NCBI GenBank assembly: GCA_015232565.1
Contig: JADFZK010000007.1
Span: 664 to 64,663 of the forward strand
Direction: 5' to 3'
DNA from: Candidatus Omnitrophota bacterium
GTDB taxonomy: Bacteria > Omnitrophota > Gorgyraeia > Zapsychrales > Fredricksoniimonadaceae
Length of the DNA stretch: 64,000 nt
The position numbers and the translations under genes were made by a program. A model generated the notes under the pieces. That model saw only the letters and a program-made list of their open reading frames with translations, made no database searches and was not told where the DNA came from. Within the stretch, counting starts at the first letter, position 1. Each line of letters begins with the position of its first letter. This document shows, piece after piece, positions 18,753 to 27,009 of the stretch.

Positions 18753-19988
18753 TTAAGCTTTCTCAAAAGCATTTAAGGCCGCCGGGAATGGCCCCAGGGC
18801 GCGCCGTAACACGCCTTGCACAAACGCGATCGCCAGGCCATAATTCGTAACCGGCACTCCGCGTTCCCGGGCCTGATGAATACGCAACATCATTTCACCG
18901 CGGGTCAACATGCACGAACCGCAATGCACGATCAATTGGTATTTCTCCAGGTCTTTCGGATAATCCCGCCCGGCATAATGCTCCACCACCAGGTCACACC
19001 CCGCATACTGCCTTAACCAGCGGGGTATCTTAACCCGGCCGATATCATCCTCCAGCGCATGATGCGTACAACTTTCCGCTATCAAAACCCGGTCACCAGC
19101 ATGTAACCGCCCTATATGCGCCGCACCCCGCGCCAGCTCAATCAGATCCCCCTTGAACCGGGCAAAAAGGATCGAGAACGTGGTGAGCTTAACTCCGGCG
19201 GGAGTATCCGCCGCCACCTTCATAACCACCTGTGAGTCGCACACCACCAGCGCCGGCGGTTCTTTTAAGTTCGCCAGGAACGCCGCATATTCGCGTTCCT
19301 TAACCACCAGCGCGGCTCCGTCATAGTCGAGTACATCCCGGATCGCCTGGACCTGCGGCAGGATCAATCGGCCTTTTGGCGCCTGCAAATCGATCGGCAC
19401 CACCATCACCGCCAGCCCTCCCGCGGGCACCAGGTCACCCAGCAAAGCCGCCGGGCCCAGCAGATCTTCCGGGCAAACGCGGGCCAAAAGCTGTTTAAGC
19501 GCATTTAACTGCCCGTCGCGCCCCGCGCCCACAACACTGGAAACCGCCAGCACATTAACGGTAACCGCCTTCAAAGTAGCCATAAAGCTGTCGGAAGGCG
19601 CGGCCAGATCGGCCTTGTTTACAATAATCACGAAAGGCTTGTTCTTACTCTTTACGCTCTCAACCAGGCTCTCTTCCGCCGCTCCCCACCGGTTAGGCTC
19701 AACCAGAAGCAAAACCACGTCGGAACGGTCCAGCGCTCTCATGGAACGCTCCATCCTGAGCTCACCCAAAGCTGACACATCTTCCAAACCGGCCGTATCC
19801 AGAAAAACCACCGGGCCCAGCGGCAGAAGTTCCATAGCTTTCTCCACCACATCGGTAGTAGTGCCCGGTACCGGAGAAGTTATCGCCACATCCTGGCCGG
19901 AGATCATATTCAGGAAACTGGATTTACCCACATTGACCCGGCCGAACAAACCAAAATGCATTCTTAGTGATTTGGGCGTTTTATCCAT
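18753..19988 (-). CDS. hydF: [FeFe]-hydrogenase maturation GTPase HydF
   Basis: It has a G1 P-loop (GRVNVGKSSFLN), G2 (TTD) and G3 (DTAG). The C-terminal cluster-binding motifs are CTHH and HCGSC. Confidence 0.85.
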   Translation of the reverse strand: MDKTPKSLRMHFGLFGRVNVGKSSFLNMISGQDVAITSPVPGTTTDVVEKAMELLPLGPVVFLDTAGLEDVSALGELRMERSMRALDRSDVVLLLVEPNRWGAAEESLVESVKSKNKPFVIIVNKADLAAPSDSFMATLKAVTVNVLAVSSVVGAGRDGQLNALKQLLARVCPEDLLGPAALLGDLVPAGGLAVMVVPIDLQAPKGRLILPQVQAIRDVLDYDGAALVVKEREYAAFLANLKEPPALVVCDSQVVMKVAADTPAGVKLTTFSILFARFKGDLIELARGAAHIGRLHAGDRVLIAESCTHHALEDDIGRVKIPRWLRQYAGCDLVVEHYAGRDYPKDLEKYQLIVHCGSCMLTRGEMMLRIHQARERGVPVTNYGLAIAFVQGVLRRALGPFPAALNAFEKA

Positions 19989-20619
19989 CGTTATTGATCC
20001 TCTTCCGGTCGGCCACCGTTCGGTTACGAAAGATAAACCACATAATGGAAAAATATAGAATGAAGATCGCGCTCCAGCTTAACAGCGCACGGATCATATA
20101 AAAGAAATAACCACCGCCGGGATTTATCCCGTCACAAGGATAGAACACGCAATTATGGTTCGACTGCGGAGCTGTAAAGAAAAACGATAACAATAACAAC
20201 CCCCAGCCGAACCCCAGCGACGGCCAGAAAGCGCGGGCATCAAATCCCAGGCGCCACACCCCAAAGAACGACGCCGGGATCAACAACAAATGCAATAAGA
20301 GCGACGTCCAATACACAAAAGGCCCCGCATTAAGCAGTAGCGCAGTACGGCCCCAGCCGGCGCCAAAACACTGCAGGATAAAATCGACTATCCAGAAGAA
20401 CTGCGCTGGTACCGCCATCAGAAAAACCATGGAAATAATTATCGAATTGCGGCGAAACAGCCCGATCGACAACAACAATGAAGCCGCAGAACAAAACCAC
20501 AGGATCTCGAAAGGATCGCCCATATTAGCCGCCAGGTCCAGAATACAACCCAGGCCCACCGCCCAGCCCAGGACAAAGAACGCATCCACCCGCGATTTAA
20601 GATCATTTACCATAACCAC
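19981..20619 (-). CDS. Integral membrane protein of unknown function embedded in the hyd maturase operon
   Basis: A 212-aa protein with about 6 predicted TM helices. It overlaps the upstream aspartase-like gene by 17 nt and the downstream hydF start by 8 nt, which suggests translational coupling. I recognise no known motif. Confidence 0.5.
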   Translation of the reverse strand: MVMVNDLKSRVDAFFVLGWAVGLGCILDLAANMGDPFEILWFCSAASLLLSIGLFRRNSIIISMVFLMAVPAQFFWIVDFILQCFGAGWGRTALLLNAGPFVYWTSLLLHLLLIPASFFGVWRLGFDARAFWPSLGFGWGLLLLSFFFTAPQSNHNCVFYPCDGINPGGGYFFYMIRALLSWSAIFILYFSIMWFIFRNRTVADRKRINNDG

Positions 20620-21988
20620 TCCGGGATCCCAGCGACATTAAATTTTGCGGCGCGAAAGCTTGCGCGATCAGCTCCGAACCCAAATTCTCCTCCAGAAAAG
20701 CCCGCAGATCACTGCGGCCAGCGGCGTTAAAATCCTTAACCAGAGCTCCCGCACGATCATAACCAATAAAAGGCACCAGGGCGGTAATGCACATCCGGCT
20801 CTGCTCAAACGAAAGTCGGCAACGCGCTTCGTCCGCCTGGACCCCCTCGATATGCGCCGCCAGCATCCGGTCGGCGGCAGCTAACAGGTCCAGCGACTCC
20901 AGCAAAGCCTGTGCCAGTAACGGCAGGAATTCGTTGATCTGTAAAGCACTGCGGGAAGCCGCTTCGGCAACCAGCGCATCATTGGCCATCACCTTCAATG
21001 CCGCCTGGATAACCGCTTCCGGAATGACCGGATTAACCTTGCCCGGCATAATGGATGAACCCGCCTGACAGGCCGGAAGATGGATCTCTCCCAACAAATT
21101 AAGCAAACGCAGATCGTTGCTTAATTTTATTAAATTAACCGCATGGGCCTTAAGAATACCCGACACCTCCACAAAAACATCCGCGTTCGCTGTTTCTCCC
21201 AGCACATTTTCACCGCGCGCCAGACCGAACCCGGACACCTCACGCAAACGTTCGATGACCAGGAAAATATAATCCTGCGGCGCACCCAGGCCGGTGCCGA
21301 TAGCAGTACCGCCCAGATTAACCACCCGCAAACGTTCTTCACACTTAAACACCCGCCAGCGGTCGCGCGCCAAAGCTTCGGCCCAGGCGGAGAACTCCGC
21401 TCCCAGGGTCATGGGCACCGCCTCCTGCAATTCCGTGCGCCCGATCTTGACAATATTAGCGAACTCTTGCTCTTTACGCTGAAGGGCTCCCTGCAAAAGT
21501 GCGGCCGTGCCCGCCAAAGAACACACGCCGGTTATGGCCGCACATTTCAATGCCGTTGGATAAACATCATTGGTAGACTGATGCCGGTTAACGTGATCCA
21601 GCGGATGAACCAAAGCATACTCACCCTTCTGGCCGCCCAACAATTCGTTCGCCCTATTAGCCAGGACCTCATTAAGGTTCATATTTGTAGAAGTCCCGGC
21701 GCCGCCCTGCAGGGCATCAAGCGGAAACTGATCATTAAACCGGCCAGACATGACCTCATCACAAGCGGCCACTATTGCCTCGGCTTTATCTTTGGCCAGG
21801 TACCCCAACTCACAGTTGGTTAACGCCGCGGCTTTTTTTACCATAGCCAGAGCATACACCAAAACCAAAGGCGTTTTGGGGCCGCCCAGGACAAAATTCT
21901 CCAGTGCCCGCCGGGTATGAATGCCCCAGTAAACCTCGGCCGGAACTAACCGCTCACCCAGGCTGTCTTTCTCAGTACGATATTCCAT
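20603..21988 (-). CDS. aspA: Aspartate ammonia-lyase / fumarase class II family protein
   Basis: GSSIMPGKVNPVIPEAV is the fumarate lyase signature (GSSxMPxKxN). The N-terminus EKDSLGERLVPAEVYWGIHTRRALENF is aspartase-like. The protein is 461 aa. Confidence 0.8.
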   Translation of the reverse strand: MEYRTEKDSLGERLVPAEVYWGIHTRRALENFVLGGPKTPLVLVYALAMVKKAAALTNCELGYLAKDKAEAIVAACDEVMSGRFNDQFPLDALQGGAGTSTNMNLNEVLANRANELLGGQKGEYALVHPLDHVNRHQSTNDVYPTALKCAAITGVCSLAGTAALLQGALQRKEQEFANIVKIGRTELQEAVPMTLGAEFSAWAEALARDRWRVFKCEERLRVVNLGGTAIGTGLGAPQDYIFLVIERLREVSGFGLARGENVLGETANADVFVEVSGILKAHAVNLIKLSNDLRLLNLLGEIHLPACQAGSSIMPGKVNPVIPEAVIQAALKVMANDALVAEAASRSALQINEFLPLLAQALLESLDLLAAADRMLAAHIEGVQADEARCRLSFEQSRMCITALVPFIGYDRAGALVKDFNAAGRSDLRAFLEENLGSELIAQAFAPQNLMSLGSRSGYGK

Positions 21989-22237
21989 TTAAACCTTTCC
22001 CAAAGCCGCTTTAACCGTAACCCCGGGTATAGAGCCCAACTTGCCGGTCAGGCCGCCGATATCGTCCATTGTCATTTCCACCGTCAACGTAATCACATTG
22101 CATTGCCGCTGTTTATACGGCAACCCCACCCGCGCCAAAATATGGTCACCGTAATCAGAAAGTATCTTGTTGACCAACGGCGCCGATCTTTTGCGATCTT
22201 CAACGATTATGCCTACAAAACCCAAGCGTTTTTCCAT
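21989..22237 (-). CDS. Small TM1266-family putative iron-only hydrogenase system regulator (ACT-like), ~82 aa
   Basis: MEKRLGFVGIIVEDRKRSAPLVNKILSDYGDHILARVGLPY... is a small ACT-like protein sitting between hydA and the aspartase-like gene. That position matches the TM1266 family context. The annotated ORF has a 34-codon N-terminal extension that is probably non-coding. Confidence 0.5.
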   Translation of the reverse strand: MEKRLGFVGIIVEDRKRSAPLVNKILSDYGDHILARVGLPYKQRQCNVITLTVEMTMDDIGGLTGKLGSIPGVTVKAALGKV

Positions 22238-22359
22238 AAAAAATCCCCGTTTTGCCAAAGGACAAAACGGGGATAAACTATTTCCCTGTTGTATCCTTGG
22301 TTTCAGAGCCACAGCTCCTCTCCTCAGAATTATTATCAAACGATCTTCACGACCATTTC

Positions 22360-24120
22360 TTACTTTACGTACAAAGGCCGCGACTTGTAATGCGTATGCA
22401 AAAGCTCATGCGCTTTATGCGATAAAGGCTTCTCCAGGAACTCCTTATAAAGCTGTTGCACATGAAAATTATCATGCGAACACCGCACCCGGGCCGAAGC
22501 ATCCTCATCGTAAAGGCCTTTGGCGCGCTGTTTACGTATCTCGTCGGTCACCATATAAGGCTGGCCGCCGCCACCCACACACCCGCCCGGACAAGCCATA
22601 ACCTCAATAAAATGATACGGCACCGGTTGTCCGTGCAAAATGGCTTCCTGGACCTTATCCATAACGAACTTCACATTGGCCAAACCATGCGCCACCGCTA
22701 TCTTGACCGGAGTCCCTTTAACGTCGATCGTGGTCTCTTTAACACCCTGCAAACCACGGACGGCGGTAAAATTAACATTAACCAGGTTCTCACCGGTAAC
22801 ATTATAATAAGCCGTACGCAAAGCCGCTTCCATAACCCCGCCCGTGGCGCCGAATATGGTGCCCGCTCCGGCATAGTCACCGAGGATCAGATCGGCATCT
22901 TCATCAGGCAGATTCTTGAAATCCACGCCAGCCTGCTTGATCATCCGGATCAGCTCACGCGTAGTAAGCGACACATCCACATCCTGATAACCCGAGGCCG
23001 ACATATCTTCGGTACGGGATATCTCGTACTTCTTGGCGGTACAAGGCATAATAGAGATCACCTTGATCTTGGCCGGATCAATATTCTTCTTCTGGGCATA
23101 ATAGGTTTTGGTTAAAGCCCCCACCATTTCATGCGGGCTTTTAGCCGACGAGAACAAGCCGATCATATCGCCATAATATTTTTCCAGGTAATCCACCCAG
23201 GCCGGGCAACAGCTGGTAATTAACGGCAAGGGCCCCTTGTTATGCGCGAAGCGTTCCACAAACTCACCCGCCTCTTCCAAAATGGTAAGGTCAGCGCCGA
23301 AGTTGGTATCGAAAACCGCCTCAAAACCCAGACGGCGCAACAAGGCGTAAAGCTTCTTGGTTAAATTGGTGCCGACAGGATAATCAAAACCTTCCCCCAC
23401 CGCCACCCGGACCGCCGGGGCGATCTGCACCACGCAGATCTTGTCCGGATCCTGTAAAAGGTCCCACACCTTCTGGGTTTCATCATGCTCAAATATCGCT
23501 CCGGTCGGACAATGCGCAGAGCATTGACCACAACGCACACACGGTGAATCCGCCAGTTTTATATCACCCGCCGGAGAGATCCGCGTCTTAAAACCTCTCT
23601 CAATGAATGACAAGGCCCACACGTCCTGGCCTTTCTGGCAAACATCCACGCAACGGCCGCATTTGATACATTTCTTCGGTTCCAATATTATGGTGCCGGT
23701 AGATTTGTCCACCGGTATTTCCGGCAAAATATGGTCGAAGCGGTCATTCCGTATTCCGAAATCAGCCGCGATCTTCTGCAATTCACAATCATTATTACGC
23801 CCGCAGATCAGGCAGTCTTTGGGATGATTGGACAGGATAAGTTCCAGTACCGTCCGGCGGGTCTGCACGATCTCGGGGTCATGGGTGATGATCTCCATGT
23901 TATTCTCCAGAGGCGTACAACAGGCCCGCAACATCTTGCGACTGCTCTTGATCTTCACTATACATATTCCGCAACCGGCCGATGCCGCCAGATCCGCGTG
24001 CTTGCAAAGGGTAGGTATATTAACCTGCACCTTACGCGCAGCATCCAGAATGGAAGCGCCCTGCTCCACCTCGACCGGGATCCCGTTAATGACCGCTTTT
24101 ATCATGGTAACCGTTGACAT
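22360..24120 (-). CDS. hydA: [FeFe]-hydrogenase catalytic subunit (HydA/HndD type), with an N-terminal 2Fe-2S ferredoxin domain and 4Fe-4S domains
   Basis: The H-cluster motifs are present: L1 TSCCPAW, L2 MPCTAKKYE and L3 EVMACPGGCVGGGGQP. The N-terminus shows plant-type ferredoxin and two CxxCxxCxxxCP motifs. Confidence 0.9.
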   Translation of the reverse strand: MSTVTMIKAVINGIPVEVEQGASILDAARKVQVNIPTLCKHADLAASAGCGICIVKIKSSRKMLRACCTPLENNMEIITHDPEIVQTRRTVLELILSNHPKDCLICGRNNDCELQKIAADFGIRNDRFDHILPEIPVDKSTGTIILEPKKCIKCGRCVDVCQKGQDVWALSFIERGFKTRISPAGDIKLADSPCVRCGQCSAHCPTGAIFEHDETQKVWDLLQDPDKICVVQIAPAVRVAVGEGFDYPVGTNLTKKLYALLRRLGFEAVFDTNFGADLTILEEAGEFVERFAHNKGPLPLITSCCPAWVDYLEKYYGDMIGLFSSAKSPHEMVGALTKTYYAQKKNIDPAKIKVISIMPCTAKKYEISRTEDMSASGYQDVDVSLTTRELIRMIKQAGVDFKNLPDEDADLILGDYAGAGTIFGATGGVMEAALRTAYYNVTGENLVNVNFTAVRGLQGVKETTIDVKGTPVKIAVAHGLANVKFVMDKVQEAILHGQPVPYHFIEVMACPGGCVGGGGQPYMVTDEIRKQRAKGLYDEDASARVRCSHDNFHVQQLYKEFLEKPLSHKAHELLHTHYKSRPLYVK

Positions 24121-24165
24121 GCTATCTTCTCCTGTATGCTGACCAACGCGCTGATATTTTTTTTC

Positions 24166-25899
24166 TTACTGACGCACTACCGCCCCGAATTTACAAACAT
24201 CGAAACACTGGCCGCAACTAACACACTTCTCGGTGTTAATGCTGTATTTATCCGCCCGACTGCCGGTAATGGCAATAGCCGGACAAACCCGTCCGCACAT
24301 GCCGCAACCGGTACATTTGTCCTTAATGATCGAATAAGAGACCAGTTTTACACATTTACCCGAAGCGCATTTTTTGTCGACCACATGAGCCTTGTATTCA
24401 GCTTCAAAATATTTCAAGGTCGACAATACCGGATTCGGCGCGGTCTGGCCCAGCCCGCAGAGAGAAGCTTTCTGCATGGCCATGGCAATTTCATTCAACT
24501 TCTTCAGGTCATCGTCCACACCCTTGCCGTCCGAGATCCGTTTCAGGATAGCCAGCATTTGCGTGCCGCCTATACGGCAAGGCGCGCATTTGCCGCAAGA
24601 CTCATCCACGCAAAAACCCAGATAGAACTTGGAAATATCGACCATGCAGTCATTTTCGTCCAGAACGATCATCCCGCCCGACCCCATGATGGAACCCAGC
24701 TTCTGCAGGCTTTCGTAGCCGATCGGCGTATCAAAGAACTGCTCCGGGATCACTCCGCCGGACGGACCACCTGTCTGAATAGCTTTTATAGCGCGATTGT
24801 TAAGCACCCCGCCGCCAATATCAAACACCACTTCGCGCAAGGTAATGCCCATCGGCACCTCGACCAGGCCGGAATTACGCACCTTGCCGGTCAGGGCAAA
24901 AACCTTGGTGCCGGTAGAACCTTCAATGCCTATTTTGCCAAAAGCTTCACCACCATGGAAAAGAATATACGGCACCGTGGCCAGGGTTTCCACATTATTG
25001 ATCGCGGTCGGCTTCTCCCAGAGGCCTCTGACCGAAGGGAACGGCGGGCGGGGACGCGGATAACCGCGCAAACCTTCCACCGAGGAGATCAAGGCCGTTT
25101 CTTCCCCGCAAACAAAAGCTCCCGCACCCAGGCGGATCTCGATATCAAAATTAAAATTACTACCCAGGATATTCTGGCCCAGCAAACCCCGGGCATAGCA
25201 CTCGTTGATTGCTTTCTGGATACGTTCAATAGCCAGCGGATATTCAGCCCTTATATAGAACACGCCTTGCGAAGCGCCGATCGCCAAACCGCCGATCATC
25301 AACCCCTCAATGACGGAATTCGGATCACCTTCCAGGACCGAGCGGTCCATGTAAGCCCCCGGATCGCCTTCATCACCGTTGCATATTATGTATTTAACCT
25401 CGCCCGGAACCGCCCGGGTGATATTCCACTTCATCCAGGTGGGAAACCCGGCGCCGCCGCGGCCGCGCAAGCCGGACTTCTTCATTTCCTCAATAACCCG
25501 CTCGGGCCCCATCTCCAGCGCTTTAACCAACCCCTGATAACCATCATTAGCTACGTAATCGTTAAAGTTCTCCGGGTCAATACGGCCGCAATTACGCAAT
25601 ACCAGCCGTAATTGTTTGTTCTTCTTTTCAAAAGCCAATGAAGCTATTTTTTCACCGTGCTGAATGGTCTTTTCGATTATCTCGGGAACATGCTTTACCT
25701 CCAGCCCGACATAAACAAAGCCTTCGGGCAGGACTTTCGCCACGATGCCCTTCTGGTAAATACCGATATCCGCCACCGTAACCACCTGAGCCGCATCGGC
25801 CAAACCCCAGTCGCGCAGTTGAGTGGTCAAAGCAACATGGAAATCACGCAATTCCTTACGCAGATTCCCGTTCGTATCCTGGATCAAGATCTGTTTCAT
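24166..25899 (-). CDS. hydB: NADH-binding flavoprotein subunit of the bifurcating hydrogenase (NuoF-like, HydB/HndC)
   Basis: It has the FMN/NADH site GRGGAGFPTWMKW, the NuoF 4Fe-4S motif ESCGKCAPCR, and a C-terminal 2x[4Fe-4S] ferredoxin (CTGCGMCGRVCP...CVSCGQCFDVC). Confidence 0.9.
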   Translation of the reverse strand: MKQILIQDTNGNLRKELRDFHVALTTQLRDWGLADAAQVVTVADIGIYQKGIVAKVLPEGFVYVGLEVKHVPEIIEKTIQHGEKIASLAFEKKNKQLRLVLRNCGRIDPENFNDYVANDGYQGLVKALEMGPERVIEEMKKSGLRGRGGAGFPTWMKWNITRAVPGEVKYIICNGDEGDPGAYMDRSVLEGDPNSVIEGLMIGGLAIGASQGVFYIRAEYPLAIERIQKAINECYARGLLGQNILGSNFNFDIEIRLGAGAFVCGEETALISSVEGLRGYPRPRPPFPSVRGLWEKPTAINNVETLATVPYILFHGGEAFGKIGIEGSTGTKVFALTGKVRNSGLVEVPMGITLREVVFDIGGGVLNNRAIKAIQTGGPSGGVIPEQFFDTPIGYESLQKLGSIMGSGGMIVLDENDCMVDISKFYLGFCVDESCGKCAPCRIGGTQMLAILKRISDGKGVDDDLKKLNEIAMAMQKASLCGLGQTAPNPVLSTLKYFEAEYKAHVVDKKCASGKCVKLVSYSIIKDKCTGCGMCGRVCPAIAITGSRADKYSINTEKCVSCGQCFDVCKFGAVVRQ

Positions 25900-25935
25900 A
25901 TGGTCTTTTCCCTGTTGGTGTGCCGCAAATAGGAT

Positions 25936-26277
25936 CTAAAACTCAAAAATATGATTATCAACCAGTTTCTTCTGGCAAACATGCTCATCGATTATCTTGA
26001 GCGCCACATCCCTGGTGACCTTGCCATAATAAACGTGCGGAGCGCCATCAACATCAACCTCCACCAGCGGCTCGGCCGAACAAAGCCCGAGACAACCGCA
26101 TTTCATTACCGCCACATCAATACCGCGCGCCTTGGCCTCGTCGCATAATGCGCTGTAGACCACATCCGCGCCGGCGGCCACGCCGCAAGTGCTATAGCCC
26201 ACGCGGATCGAGTTCTGCCTGGGCGCCCGGGCCGCTTCTTCTTTTATCCTGTCAAGATCCTCTTTCGTGATCCCCAT
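25936..26277 (-). CDS. Thioredoxin-like [2Fe-2S] ferredoxin (HndB-like small subunit)
   Basis: A 113-aa protein with Cys residues in the YSTCGVAAGA...KCGCLGLCSAEP arrangement, which is typical of the NuoE/HndB fold. Confidence 0.6.
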   Translation of the reverse strand: MGITKEDLDRIKEEAARAPRQNSIRVGYSTCGVAAGADVVYSALCDEAKARGIDVAVMKCGCLGLCSAEPLVEVDVDGAPHVYYGKVTRDVALKIIDEHVCQKKLVDNHIFEF

Positions 26278-26312
26278 AAAGACTCCTTAAATTTTTCTTC
26301 CCGCCGCCCGGA

Positions 26313-26795
26313 TTACGCTTCCACCTTTTGGCTGGAATGTTCCGCTATTATTTTAGCCACGTCCCCCCGCTTTACCGCGCTGTACACCTTATGTTTCACC
26401 GTGATCACCGGTGCCAGGCCGCAACATCCCAAACAACGGACGATCTGCAGGTGAAAAAGCCCGTCCTTGGTGGTTTGGCCTTCCTCAACGTGCAAAAGAT
26501 GGCGGATCTCGTCAATCAAAGCAGGAGCGCCTTTCAAATAACAAGCGGTTCCTAAACAAACTGAAATATTAAATTTTCCCGGAGGCGTAAGTTTGAAGTA
26601 GTTATAAAAAGTCAGTACTTCGTAGATCCTGGCCAGCGGCACGTCCAGCTGACGGGACACTTCCAGCGCGGCTTCCCGCGGCACATAACCATAACGGTCC
26701 TGGACATCATGCAAAACCATGATCAGATTGCCTCTTTTATCTTTCCAGCGCTCAACTACCTTAAAAACATCTTCTACCAATGTCTCGACGACCAT
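26313..26795 (-). CDS. hydC: NuoE-like [2Fe-2S] subunit of the bifurcating hydrogenase (HydC/HndA)
   Basis: The Cys residues in CLGTACYLKG...CLGCCGLAPV match the NuoE family. The likely start is MVVETLVEDVF, preceded by GGGAG. The annotated TTG-initiated extension up to 26939 overlaps the promoter. Coordinates are good to about 1 nt. Confidence 0.8.
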   Translation of the reverse strand: MVVETLVEDVFKVVERWKDKRGNLIMVLHDVQDRYGYVPREAALEVSRQLDVPLARIYEVLTFYNYFKLTPPGKFNISVCLGTACYLKGAPALIDEIRHLLHVEEGQTTKDGLFHLQIVRCLGCCGLAPVITVKHKVYSAVKRGDVAKIIAEHSSQKVEA

Positions 26796-26904
26796 AACTT
26801 CTCCCAAGTTGTGACTTGACCCTGAAATATAAACCACCCGCCGGCCTGTTATAACTACCGCCTGGCAACGAAGCCGGGCAAAAAAATCTCGCTCTAAAAG
26901 GTGA

Positions 26905-26940
26905 AGATTGATTATAGGAAATGCGCTATACCTTTGCAAG
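26905..26940 (-). promoter_or_regulatory. Candidate sigma70-type promoter for the hydrogenase operon
   Basis: On the minus strand the sequence reads TTGCAA, then a 17-nt spacer, then TATAAT. It lies about 100 nt upstream of the hydC ATG. Confidence 0.4.
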
Positions 26941-27009
26941 TTAATAATTACGGTAATTTTCTATTGTAACAATAACACCGGCTTAACGCTCTTATGCTAA
27001 TATAGCGAC

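Noticed and set aside
21130-21823. 226-aa plus-strand ORF inside the aspartase-like gene
   Set aside because: It is antisense to a protein with the intact fumarate-lyase signature, and it shows no motifs of its own.
24136-25611. 491-aa plus-strand ORF
   Set aside because: It is entirely antisense to the NuoF-like hydrogenase subunit, whose FMN/NADH and Fe-S motifs are unambiguous. The product is R/A/H/Q-rich with no domain, so it is a GC-driven artefact.
26940-27009. Possible Rex operator or palindrome (ATTGTAACAAT) in the divergent hyd promoter region
   Set aside because: It is not a true palindrome (GTAAC versus GTTAC) and matches the Rex consensus TTGTTAAnnnnTTAACAA poorly. I kept only the -35/-10 promoter call.
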